The position numbers and the translations under genes are program-made. From IMG/VR virus record IMGVR_UViG_3300042453_003743, positions 64,001 through 128,000 of that record: 64,000 nt of DNA; one strand, given 5' to 3'. This stretch comes from a virus. Below, piece after piece: positions 27,012 through 35,162 of the stretch. Position 1 is the stretch's first letter, and the number at the start of each line of letters is the position of its first letter. The notes under the pieces were generated by a model that was not told the origin of the DNA, ran no database searches, and worked only from the letters and a program-made list of their open reading frames with translations.

Positions 27012-29252
27012 ATGAACACTTCTCTCTCCATCTTCGCCCGCGCTCTCGCAACCGAAAACCTCTCGTTCTCGTTCGATGCCAACGCAGACACCGCATCGTT
27101 CGACACCAAGAGCCGTCACCTCGTCATGCCCGTGTGGGATGTCTCCGACACCCTTCAGACCATGCTTGTCGCCCATGAGATCAGCCACGCCCTGTGGACT
27201 CCCCATGAGCGCAGTCAGGAGTTGCTGACGCAGGCGGAGAAGGACGGCTACTGCATCAAACTCCTCCACCACATTGCGAATGTCATTGAGGATGTCCGCA
27301 TTGAGAAGTTGATGAAGGCCAAGTACCCCGGCACCCGCAGAGACTTCTTCTTGGGCTACAAGGAGATCGTGGATGCCGACCTGTTCAAGTTCAAGTCGAT
27401 GGACTTGAAGAACACCAACATCATCAACCGACTCAACCTCCACTTCAAGTGGGGTGTCCCCGGCTTCCTGCCCATCGACCTCAACGCGGACGAGAACGAG
27501 ATCGCCATGTTGGTCGATGCCGTTCAGACCTTCGATCAGGGGTTTGAGTTGGCAAAGCACCTCTACAAGCATCCTTCCATGAAGGATATGCGCGAGAAGT
27601 ACGAGGCGCAGGCTGAAAAGCAGAAGAAGTCCTCCGGCACGGACGGGGATCAGGATGATGACGGCACGATGTCGCAGACTGATCTTTCGGACAGCAATCT
27701 TGGCATGGTCGATATGCCCTGTGAGTTCGGTCGCAAGAACGGCGAGAAGTTCCACGCCACGACCCTGACCATCAGCCCGGTGGTCAAGATCGAAAACAAC
27801 ATCATCACCACCGACGAGATGCTTGAGTCCTACGAGGACGCGATCATCGGAAACCCGTATGGGAATCCCACGCTTGACTTGACCAACTACCGCTCCTTCG
27901 TCAAGGAGTCCGATGCGTTCGTTCGCCAGTTGGTCGCGCAGTTTGAGCGTCGCAAGGCTGCGGACGAGATTCGCCGTGAGCGGCCCAAGCAGACCGGGAT
28001 GCTGAACCTTGACCGCCTCCACCAGTTCCGCACCCACGATGACATCTTCCTGTCCAAGATCATCAAGCAGGACGGCAAGAATCACGGCATCGTGTTCTTG
28101 ATCGACTTCTCCGGGTCTATGACCACCGTGCTTGACCATTGCATCCTTCAGGTGTTCCAGTTGGTTTGGTTCTGCGAGAAGGCCAAGATTCCGTTTGAGG
28201 TGTTCGGCTTCACCAACATGAACCTGATCGGCAACCGTGGCAAGGAGGAGGATGAGCGGCACCGCAAGTTCTGCCGCCAACACTCCATTGAGGAGCGGTA
28301 TGTTCCGCTGTACCCCACCGAAACGCAGAACCCTCGCCCGGACAGCATTGTGTGCGGCAACACCCGGCTCATTTCGTTGGCTTCGTCGGCTGATTCGCCT
28401 GCCAAGCGTGAGCGTCTGCTTGCCTTTATCTACGAGTCCTCCGTGCAGCGTACTCGCAGTCAGGTGTTCTCGCTTGGTGGTACTCCGACCGTGGAGGCCA
28501 TGATCCTCACCACTCAATACATGAAGAAGTGGGTGCAGGACAACAATGTGCAGATTCCGACCCTGATGCTCGTCACCGATGGACAGCCCAACGGTGTCTC
28601 GTTGGACCCGACCTCGCCCATGTATTCGGATGTGCCGTATCAGATTCGGGAGAATATGTCCCTCATGGTCCGCAACGACATCCTTCAGACCATGACCCGC
28701 ATCGACAACAAGGAACACGACGGCATGGGCTTGGGCAATGTGGTGGTGTCCGTGATGCTTGATGATCTTCGTCAGACGATGAACGCGAGGACTGTCGGTA
28801 TGTATGTGGGTGGTCGCACCTTCAACGATTCGCTCTACCGTGGCTTCTGCCTTCTGCCGCAAGACCATGAGCAGATGGACAGGATCATTGAGCAGGCACG
28901 AAAGAATGGAGATTGGAGAGCGACGATAAGCCTCCGCGAAAGCCCCCGCTACGAGATGGCTCAACAGCAGTACATGAGTGAGGGGTGCATCATCCTCCCC
29001 ACCGTGAGCAACCCCGGCTACGATGCCTTCTTCCTCATCAAGACTCCCAAGATCGTCAAGGACGAGGAGGCGATTGTGGAGAGCGGAACCTTCGTCAAGG
29101 TGAAGAACACCTTCGTCAAGACGATGGGCAAGAGAGCCGGGAGCCGTGTGTTCCTCTCCAAGTATGTTGACATCGTGGCGGGTCAGCCTGTGCCAAAGAA
29201 CGGGGGCAAGTTGTACGACCTCCCCGCCCACAACGGACTTGAAAGAAAGTAA
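27012..29252 (+). CDS. CobT-like metallopeptidase (HEXXH) + von Willebrand A domain protein
   Basis: AHEISHALWT, NVIEDVRIE, MIDAS DFSGS, GGTP and LVTDG; leaderless promoter. Confidence 0.88.
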   Translation: MNTSLSIFARALATENLSFSFDANADTASFDTKSRHLVMPVWDVSDTLQTMLVAHEISHALWTPHERSQELLTQAEKDGYCIKLLHHIANVIEDVRIEKLMKAKYPGTRRDFFLGYKEIVDADLFKFKSMDLKNTNIINRLNLHFKWGVPGFLPIDLNADENEIAMLVDAVQTFDQGFELAKHLYKHPSMKDMREKYEAQAEKQKKSSGTDGDQDDDGTMSQTDLSDSNLGMVDMPCEFGRKNGEKFHATTLTISPVVKIENNIITTDEMLESYEDAIIGNPYGNPTLDLTNYRSFVKESDAFVRQLVAQFERRKAADEIRRERPKQTGMLNLDRLHQFRTHDDIFLSKIIKQDGKNHGIVFLIDFSGSMTTVLDHCILQVFQLVWFCEKAKIPFEVFGFTNMNLIGNRGKEEDERHRKFCRQHSIEERYVPLYPTETQNPRPDSIVCGNTRLISLASSADSPAKRERLLAFIYESSVQRTRSQVFSLGGTPTVEAMILTTQYMKKWVQDNNVQIPTLMLVTDGQPNGVSLDPTSPMYSDVPYQIRENMSLMVRNDILQTMTRIDNKEHDGMGLGNVVVSVMLDDLRQTMNARTVGMYVGGRTFNDSLYRGFCLLPQDHEQMDRIIEQARKNGDWRATISLRESPRYEMAQQQYMSEGCIILPTVSNPGYDAFFLIKTPKIVKDEEAIVESGTFVKVKNTFVKTMGKRAGSRVFLSKYVDIVAGQPVPKNGGKLYDLPAHNGLERK

Positions 29253-29267
29253 GTAATATTAGGTACG

Positions 29268-29308
29268 CCCCCACCAGGAAGGAGAGAGCCTGGTGGGGGT
29301 TTTCTTTT
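29268..29308 (+). terminator. intrinsic terminator
   Basis: CCCCCACCAGG...CCTGGTGGGGG-TTTTCTTTT. Confidence 0.8.
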
Positions 29309-29397
29309 GTCAAGAACAAAAATTATTATTTCCAGAAAATAATAATTTTGATAGTAGTACTGATAGTACTCGGATCGGATAGTAGTTATTTGGACGC

Positions 29398-29504
29398 ACC
29401 AAGTATATTGTACCATGCCGGATTCCCGGTGTCAAGCCCCCCTGTTATCGTCTTATCGGACTCCCCTTGACAAACTTCCGACCCCGTGGTACAATCGTAT
29501 TGGT
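29398..29504. promoter_or_regulatory. back-to-back pair of gene-less sigma70 promoters
   Basis: Minus: TTGACA-N17-TACAAT-ATACTTGGT (29435-29398). Plus: TTGACA-N17-TACAAT-CGTATTGGT (29467-29504). Confidence 0.75.
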
Positions 29505-29519
29505 GGACAAAATAATTGA

Positions 29520-30206
29520 ATAGTTTATCAGACTTAGAACACAGGCCGGTGCTCAGAGGGTTATCGGACTTGTATTCAATTGCTTGACAACCCCTATATC
29601 TGGTGTATAGTTACCAGACTGTTCATGCGACTGATAACCCCCCAGCCCCCTGTGAGTACTGATCGTTATGGGGCGGGGGGTTATCGGGCGTTATTCTACC
29701 TGATTATTACCGGTCTGTCCCTCCTGGTTATATACTGGGCGGTTATCGGACTTGGAAAAATTATTCAGAATAATAACGGACAGGATTCAGAGGGACAGGA
29801 TCCAGGAAAGACGGCTCACTACTATCAGGGCGGGGTCCTCCAGATGCTCAGATACGCCAGGTCCCTCCCCACAGATTAAAAATAATAATTTCCGGACAGG
29901 ATTGAAACGGACATCCAGGAAACACCTGGACAGGATTCAAATTGTCGGACAGGATTGAGAAATTGTTAAAATTTCTCAAAATTTGTCAAATTTCTTTGAA
30001 AATTTGTAATTATTTGCTTGACAGCCTATAATGCCCTATAAGGCGTCGGTTTAAAAGAGGGCTCGGAGGGGTCTTTAAGGACTTGGAGGGGCTTGGAGGG
30101 CATTGTAAGACGATTAAAGGGGTGTTAGAGGGTGGGTCTGTAACTCCAAATTTCTCAAATATTCTTCAATATTCTTTACCCCACTCACTCCCACTCTCCC
30201 CCACCT
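29520..30206. repeat. non-coding repeat-rich region (GTTATCGG, GGACAGGAT x5, GGAGGG runs)
   Basis: Direct reading; no convincing ORF. Confidence 0.65.
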
Positions 30207-30644
30207 TTACCCCTCATTGACAGGCTCAATATTCTCCATATCAGCCTTATCAATAACATAGGCTGGTATGGTTTTCTTTCCTTCTATTGAGTGTGCTTTC
30301 TTTATTCTATTCAACCCGTCTGTAATCGAAATAGTACCGTCTTCCTGCCTTATGCCCAATACGGGTACGCTGGTATCAGCCTTTTCCATTCTTTTCTTGT
30401 GTTGAGGATTATCCATGTCATATTGCTTGTCCCACCATTCCAAAGCGTCTGTTTCTTTGATGGGCAAATCTTTTACGAAAAATTCTTTCTTTGATTTGGC
30501 GAAATCGTAGATGTCCTTGACTCGGTACTTCTTCCCAGTCTCGTCATTGGTGGCGATTTGTTGATCCCAATTTTCTACCTGTCCCTTCTTGGGCGTGTCG
30601 AGGTAGGGGTCATAATTTTCTAAAAATTGTTTGAAATTTTTCAT
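30207..30644 (-). CDS. ParB/sulfiredoxin-like N-terminal domain protein
   Basis: ADTSVPVL...ITDGLNRIKKA; starts MKNFKQFLE. Confidence 0.7.
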   Translation of the reverse strand: MKNFKQFLENYDPYLDTPKKGQVENWDQQIATNDETGKKYRVKDIYDFAKSKKEFFVKDLPIKETDALEWWDKQYDMDNPQHKKRMEKADTSVPVLGIRQEDGTISITDGLNRIKKAHSIEGKKTIPAYVIDKADMENIEPVNEG

Positions 30645-31186
30645 TCTTTGGTTCCGTGTATGATTCCATGTTCGATTCTGGCATTTGGGAAAACTTTTCT
30701 GACTTCTGGTAGATGGGCTGCGGTAGTCATGTTGTTCTGCCATGAATCTTTCTTTGTTTGCTTGCCCTGACCTGTTCTATCCCCTTCGTAAATGGAAATA
30801 AAGATTCTTCCACCGGGCTTGAGGGTTGAGTGTGCGGTTTTCAGGGCTTCGTGTCTGTATTCGGGTTCCTTGATGACATTCAGCACATTGAACAGAGATG
30901 CGCTGTCTGCCCCTTCCTTACCCACTTCCTGCATGACCTTCGTATTGTGTTCTTCCGGGCGGTTGAAGGGATCAAAGACATGAGCCTTGACTCCCAATTT
31001 TTCTAAAAATTCCACGGCGTTGTCAAACTTTCCGCCTCCGATGTCAATGTGCGTAGTGTCGGGCTTCCATCCCATTTTTCTGTGTATGGTGGTGTAGGCT
31101 TCGGGGAGTTTGGTCTTGTTGATGCTGGTTGCGGCAGAGGTGAACTCTTGGGCATCCTCAACAAGGAAATTTTTGAAACTTTTCAT
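30641..31186 (-). CDS. class I SAM-dependent methyltransferase
   Basis: HIDIGGGK, FDPFN, NVLNVI and LKPGG motifs; starts MKSFKNFLVE; ATAAATA promoter. Confidence 0.8.
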   Translation of the reverse strand: MKSFKNFLVEDAQEFTSAATSINKTKLPEAYTTIHRKMGWKPDTTHIDIGGGKFDNAVEFLEKLGVKAHVFDPFNRPEEHNTKVMQEVGKEGADSASLFNVLNVIKEPEYRHEALKTAHSTLKPGGRIFISIYEGDRTGQGKQTKKDSWQNNMTTAAHLPEVRKVFPNARIEHGIIHGTKE

Positions 31187-31243
31187 CAATCTATTTATGA
31201 GTCGAATGCTTGACACTCTTGGGTAATGGGGTATAGTTAACCC

Positions 31244-31516
31244 ATGCGAAACGAAAAGACTACCGCTGGGAACAAGGCCGCACAGGAGTTTCTGAAGGAT
31301 CAGAGCATCGCTGACCTCAAGGCCGAGATCATTCGTCTGAATGACAAGATTCATGCCATGCGCTCCGTTTTGTGGGAGTGGAATGTCTCGTCCGGGCCTG
31401 TGTGGGAATATTGGAAGTTGGCAAAGGTTGGAGAAACCGCCGAGGACTATTCCCATTGGACCGAGGACTATTTTGATTCTGACGACGACATCCCCCTTCC
31501 CCCCGAACAGGAGTAA
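31244..31516 (+). CDS. hypothetical protein (leaderless)
   Basis: TTGACA-N16-TATAGT-N6-ATG. Confidence 0.7.
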   Translation: MRNEKTTAGNKAAQEFLKDQSIADLKAEIIRLNDKIHAMRSVLWEWNVSSGPVWEYWKLAKVGETAEDYSHWTEDYFDSDDDIPLPPEQE

Positions 31517-31518
31517 AC

Positions 31519-31704
31519 ATGACTACCAAAATGAAAAAGAAAAAGACTACACCCGTAAAGACTCTTAAACTTTTCCCCGAGGCTGGTGTGTTGGGTCTGC
31601 TGACCGACGTTGCCATCACCTCCATGATGCTTGGCGTTGCGTTCATGATGCTTCTGCTTTGCTTGCAGATGGCCGAGAAAGTAACCATCACCTTTGGAAA
31701 GTAA
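31519..31704 (+). CDS. small membrane protein
   Basis: AGGAG SD; basic N-terminus plus TM segment. Confidence 0.6.
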   Translation: MTTKMKKKKTTPVKTLKLFPEAGVLGLLTDVAITSMMLGVAFMMLLLCLQMAEKVTITFGK

Positions 31705-31709
31705 ATCAC

Positions 31710-32123
31710 ATGAACAAGACAATCGCTACCAAATGGGTCAAGGCTCTTCGTTCAGGAAAGTATAAACAAGGTGACAATTATCTTTGTCAGATCAGCAGCA
31801 AGGGCATAAAGCACTGCTGCTTGGGTGTGCTGACGGAGATTTATCAGACCGAGCAGATAGCAAAGAAGAAAAAGACTCTTCCGGCAAAAATTGTCAAGAT
31901 GTATAAGAATGCCCCATTCGATGTCGTAAAGTATGGCAATGGCAAGAGTTCTGCCGAGGAACTTCCCCTCGCTGTTCAGCGTTGGGCTGACATGGATGGC
32001 AGACTTGGAGAGTTTGATGATGAAGGTGCTGGCGACTTTGGAAGCCTGTCACACATGAATGATGCTGGCTACTCGTTCAAGAAAATTGCCAACTTCATCG
32101 AAAAGAACTACGAGAATCTTTAA
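31710..32123 (+). CDS. conserved phage hypothetical protein
   Basis: KWVKALRSGKYKQG...HCCLGV...MND.GYSF..IA.FI motif. Confidence 0.75.
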   Translation: MNKTIATKWVKALRSGKYKQGDNYLCQISSKGIKHCCLGVLTEIYQTEQIAKKKKTLPAKIVKMYKNAPFDVVKYGNGKSSAEELPLAVQRWADMDGRLGEFDDEGAGDFGSLSHMNDAGYSFKKIANFIEKNYENL

Positions 32124-32125
32124 AC

Positions 32126-32302
32126 ATGGCTACCAAGACTAAAAAGACTCCTACCTCGCTCACCGACCGTTTGGACAACATGATCGAAAAAATTTCTGAT
32201 CTTGCGATTGAAGTGAGTGATGGTGAACTCAGCCCCAATGAGGTCTATGACCAGTTGGACAATATTTGCAGCGATCTTAAGAAGATGAGGGATTTTCTAT
32301 AA
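32126..32302 (+). CDS. 58-aa hypothetical protein
   Basis: Read manually (MATKTKK...); fills the operon. Confidence 0.55.
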   Translation: MATKTKKTPTSLTDRLDNMIEKISDLAIEVSDGELSPNEVYDQLDNICSDLKKMRDFL

Positions 32303-32308
32303 AATATC

Positions 32309-32506
32309 ATGCCCGACTACCAGCCCATAGATTACCGCCTACGCTGCCATACCAAGCGCACCGATCTCCCTGTGGATGTTCTGCGCGACATTGGTGAGGC
32401 GTATGCGGAGATTGAGCGGTTGCGGAATGAACTTGAAGATGCCAAGATTCAGATCGCAAACATGGAAGATGATTATTATAGAATCAGGGATCACAATGAG
32501 CGATAA
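32309..32506 (+). CDS. small coiled-coil protein
   Basis: EAYAEIERLR motif. Confidence 0.65.
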   Translation: MPDYQPIDYRLRCHTKRTDLPVDVLRDIGEAYAEIERLRNELEDAKIQIANMEDDYYRIRDHNER

Positions 32507-32855
32507 GATGACCAAAGAGCGTTGGCTTGAACTCATGCAGCCCTATGCAGAGAACGATGGCATCAACCTGACTCCCGAAGAGATTGAGGCTGGATGGCAT
32601 TGGTGTGAGGAATGGGACGGCCTGCTCATCCATGTCGATGACGATGAGTTTGATTGCTGCACTTGTTCTTGGATGGACAAGTTCCGCACCCCCGAGCGCA
32701 TGAAGATGATTAAAGAGCGCATGGAGCAACGGTACAAGTCTCAAGAGGCTATGGACAGGATTGCAGAGTTGGACGAGAAGATGGGATTGAATCCGGGACA
32801 AGATGCCTTGGACTACTTTTCCAACATCAAAGACGAACCTGAAAACAGTGGCTAA
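32496..32855 (+). CDS. hypothetical protein
   Basis: LTPEEIEAGWHWCEEWDGLLI...CCTC motif. Confidence 0.7.
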   Translation: MSDKMTKERWLELMQPYAENDGINLTPEEIEAGWHWCEEWDGLLIHVDDDEFDCCTCSWMDKFRTPERMKMIKERMEQRYKSQEAMDRIAELDEKMGLNPGQDALDYFSNIKDEPENSG

Positions 32856-32966
32856 GTAGTATTGTGGACAAACAGATTCCAGTATTTTGGTTTGCATTCT
32901 TCACCTTCTTGCCTTTGATGACGTTAGCCGTTGGTGATATTCTAATTCACATTATGGAAAAGTGGA

Positions 32967-33203
32967 ATGGAAGATATAGATTCGTTAAAAAAGATAATTG
33001 AAGAGCAGCACAAGCAACTCACAAGATTGCAGGAAAGAAACACAGAACTTTCTGTTGCTTTGAGCAATTCTCTGAAGGACGTTGTGTTCTACCAAAATTA
33101 TGCGGGAGCAGAGGTCTATAGAATGGACTTCAAGAACGCTGCTGCCATGAGGCAGGAAATGTATCGTTGGATGGATATCGCTCAGGGAAAAACAAATAAA
33201 TAA
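32967..33203 (+). CDS. coiled-coil hypothetical protein
   Basis: 78-aa ORF in operon. Confidence 0.6.
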   Translation: MEDIDSLKKIIEEQHKQLTRLQERNTELSVALSNSLKDVVFYQNYAGAEVYRMDFKNAAAMRQEMYRWMDIAQGKTNK

Positions 33204-33207
33204 AGGA

Positions 33208-33281
33208 CGGGCATTAACTCAGCTTGGTAGAGTGCTTGCTTTGGGAGCAAGATGTCGTTGGTTCAAATCCAGCATGCCCGA
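33208..33281 (+). tRNA. tRNA-Pro(UGG)
   Basis: CGGGCAT...ATGCCCG-A; loop TTTGGGA; GTTCAAAT. Confidence 0.93.
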
Positions 33282-33286
33282 TTAAA

Positions 33287-33610
33287 ATGAAAAAGAGAAA
33301 CAGAGATTATTCTGCGGAATATAAGCGAAGACACAACGAAAATAAGTTGTGGTATATTCCTTTTATGAAAGATAAAAAGTGCTCTGTGTGTGGAATAAAT
33401 GATCCCAGAGTTCTCGACTGGCATCATCGTGATCACAATGAAAAAGAATACGGAATTGCAGACATGCTTTCCCGCTATTCAAAAGCGGCAATTATGGCAG
33501 AAATTTCAAAATGTGTTTGTGTTTGCAAAAATTGTCATGCGATTATCCACCACGAAGAAAAGGGAAAAATTAGAAAAGTCAAAAAAAATCTTGTGAAACT
33601 TGATATCTAA
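33287..33610 (+). CDS. HNH endonuclease
   Basis: CSVCG...LDWHH...KCVCVCKNCHAIIH. Confidence 0.85.
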   Translation: MKKRNRDYSAEYKRRHNENKLWYIPFMKDKKCSVCGINDPRVLDWHHRDHNEKEYGIADMLSRYSKAAIMAEISKCVCVCKNCHAIIHHEEKGKIRKVKKNLVKLDI

Positions 33611-33703
33611 TTATATTGGCTTTTCCTGTTGTCAAGACTTTAATTTATTGACAAAAGCCCAAGTTGATGTATTATTGTCTACAAACAAAAAGTAACAAAA
33701 ACT

Positions 33704-33868
33704 ATGAAAACTATACTCAACAAACTCTTGTTTCCGTTTATCATCTTTCTGTTCGTCAACATGATTGGTTTTGTTTATGCTAAGAACTACGAAGGCGCAG
33801 TTGCGGGCAGTCTGATTGGAATGCTCGTTTCCATTCTTGTTCTTGAGATCCGAGCAAAGATTGAATAA
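33704..33868 (+). CDS. 54-aa two-TM membrane protein
   Basis: Read manually (MKTILNKLLFPFIIFLF...); TTGACA-N15-TATTAT upstream. Confidence 0.55.
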   Translation: MKTILNKLLFPFIIFLFVNMIGFVYAKNYEGAVAGSLIGMLVSILVLEIRAKIE

Positions 33869-33883
33869 TTGATAGTAGTATGC

Positions 33884-33957
33884 GGCCCTTTCGTCTAGTT
33901 GGTCAAGGACACGGCCCTTTCAAGGCCATAACATGGGTTCGAATCCCGTAAGGGTCA
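33884..33957 (+). tRNA. tRNA-Glu(UUC)
   Basis: GGCCCTT...AAGGGTC-A; loop CTTTCAA; GTTCGAAT. Confidence 0.93.
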
Positions 33958-33959
33958 TT

Positions 33960-34172
33960 ATGACACTTCCTCACGAATCAGCTAATAGCATCAACCAAGC
34001 CCGCGACTTTCTCTTTGAACTTATGGATACCAAGAAGACTCCAGACGTTCCTAAAGCCATCAGGGAGCGGGCAAGAGCCATTCTAAAGCACTATCCCATG
34101 CAGTGTGATGTAAAGACCATGCATGATCCGGATTGTGGTGTTTATGGGTGGGGCAAAGGAAAAGACGAATGA
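33960..34172 (+). CDS. conserved small phage protein
   Basis: MTLPHE...FLFEL...VPKAIRERARAILKHYP. Confidence 0.7.
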   Translation: MTLPHESANSINQARDFLFELMDTKKTPDVPKAIRERARAILKHYPMQCDVKTMHDPDCGVYGWGKGKDE

Positions 34173-34615
34173 ATTCCGGTGAAACCAAAGATTATTTTGA
34201 TCCACTCGATAAACTCATTCAAGAGTTTCCTGCGGTGTTTCAGAATGTAAACAATTCATCGGAGTATTCTCTTCCAAGTGGGTGGTATAATATTCTTTAT
34301 AATCTTTGCGAGGAACTAACTCCAATCTTGGTCAATGAGCGTTCAAAAATAACAGAAGATCCAGAACAACCTCTGTTTTCGGTTCTTCAGATCAAGGAAA
34401 AGTTCGGTGGTCTTCGGTTCTATTTTATGATGAATACGGAGAATAAAGAACTTTATGATTTTGTTCAGACATTGGTTGACATTGCAGAAGACAAGTCATA
34501 TGATACCTGTCAGATCACCGGCAAGGTTGGAAAACTTTGCAAAAAGGGAAGTCACTACATGACTCTTTCTGAAGAAGCAAGAATAGCACAGGGGTTTAAA
34601 ATTGTCGGTGGATAA
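34169..34615 (+). CDS. conserved phage hypothetical protein
   Basis: GWYNIL...QIKEKFGGLRFY...TCQITG motif. Confidence 0.75.
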   Translation: MNSGETKDYFDPLDKLIQEFPAVFQNVNNSSEYSLPSGWYNILYNLCEELTPILVNERSKITEDPEQPLFSVLQIKEKFGGLRFYFMMNTENKELYDFVQTLVDIAEDKSYDTCQITGKVGKLCKKGSHYMTLSEEARIAQGFKIVGG

Positions 34616-35162
34616 AAGAAATCTTATTGATCACTATAAATATTGGAACGATGACGCTATTCGCGCTGATCTTGATGTTAAGCGGCACAACTTTTCTGTT
34701 GTCTGTTGCAACATTGGCAACGATTTTAATATTGCTACCGTCATACGAAATGCTAACGCATTTCTTGCGGAGAAGGTCGTAATCTATGGAAACAAGAAAT
34801 ACGACCGCAGGGGAACAGTTGGTACGCATCATTACACCAACTTTCGTCATGTCAAAGGCATTGACTGTCTCGGCTCCTACATTGAAGAAACTTTTTCCAA
34901 GCATGAAGGTAAAGTTAAACTATTGGGAGTTGACAATGTTTCTGAAGCAAAAGATGTGAATGAATATAAGTTCGATCCCGACACTCATTATGTCATGATC
35001 TTTGGACAGGAACAAATCGGGGTTCCTGAAAATGTTCTAAGTATGTGTGATGATATTCTTTATATTCCCCAGTATGGATCTGTTCGCAGCATTAATGTCG
35101 GGACAGCATCTGGAATCATAATGAATAATTATTGTTCTGCAGTTCATTCCTTCGTAGTGTAA
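34602..35162 (+). CDS. SpoU/TrmH-family RNA methyltransferase
   Basis: NIATVIRNANAF, IFGQEQIGV and YIPQYGSVRSINVGTA SPOUT motifs. Confidence 0.88.
   Translation: MSVDKRNLIDHYKYWNDDAIRADLDVKRHNFSVVCCNIGNDFNIATVIRNANAFLAEKVVIYGNKKYDRRGTVGTHHYTNFRHVKGIDCLGSYIEETFSKHEGKVKLLGVDNVSEAKDVNEYKFDPDTHYVMIFGQEQIGVPENVLSMCDDILYIPQYGSVRSINVGTASGIIMNNYCSAVHSFVV

Larger units (their letters stand above)
17290..29510. other. GC-rich early/host-takeover region
   Basis: Visibly GC-rich with C-ending codons versus AT-rich flanks; dense sigma70 promoters; genes diverge from ~19.26 kb. Confidence 0.8.

Noticed and set aside
26898-29231. 777-aa minus-strand ORF (also 332-aa ORF 25700-26698)
   Set aside because: Antisense shadows of the codon-biased AAA and VWA genes; no motifs, promoter or SD
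25424-29252. Calling the pair cobS/cobT cobaltochelatase for B12 synthesis
   Set aside because: No cobN in the window; the HEXXH-VWA architecture fits generic MoxR-VWA systems of T4-like phages
17296-29504. Reading the TTGACA...CTACTTGGT repeats as a CRISPR array or integron attC sites
   Set aside because: Copies are dispersed, in both orientations, have 17-bp sigma70 spacing, and no cas or integrase gene is present
17290-29510. GC-rich block as host DNA or an inserted mobile element
   Set aside because: It contains phage-type genes, tRNAs and paralogs of flanking genes, has no integrase or att, and composition grades out on the right. Read-level confirmation is still desirable
29580-29958. 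ORFs 29580-29879 and 29752-29958
   Set aside because: They run through repeated DNA motifs, have TTG starts and no coding signature
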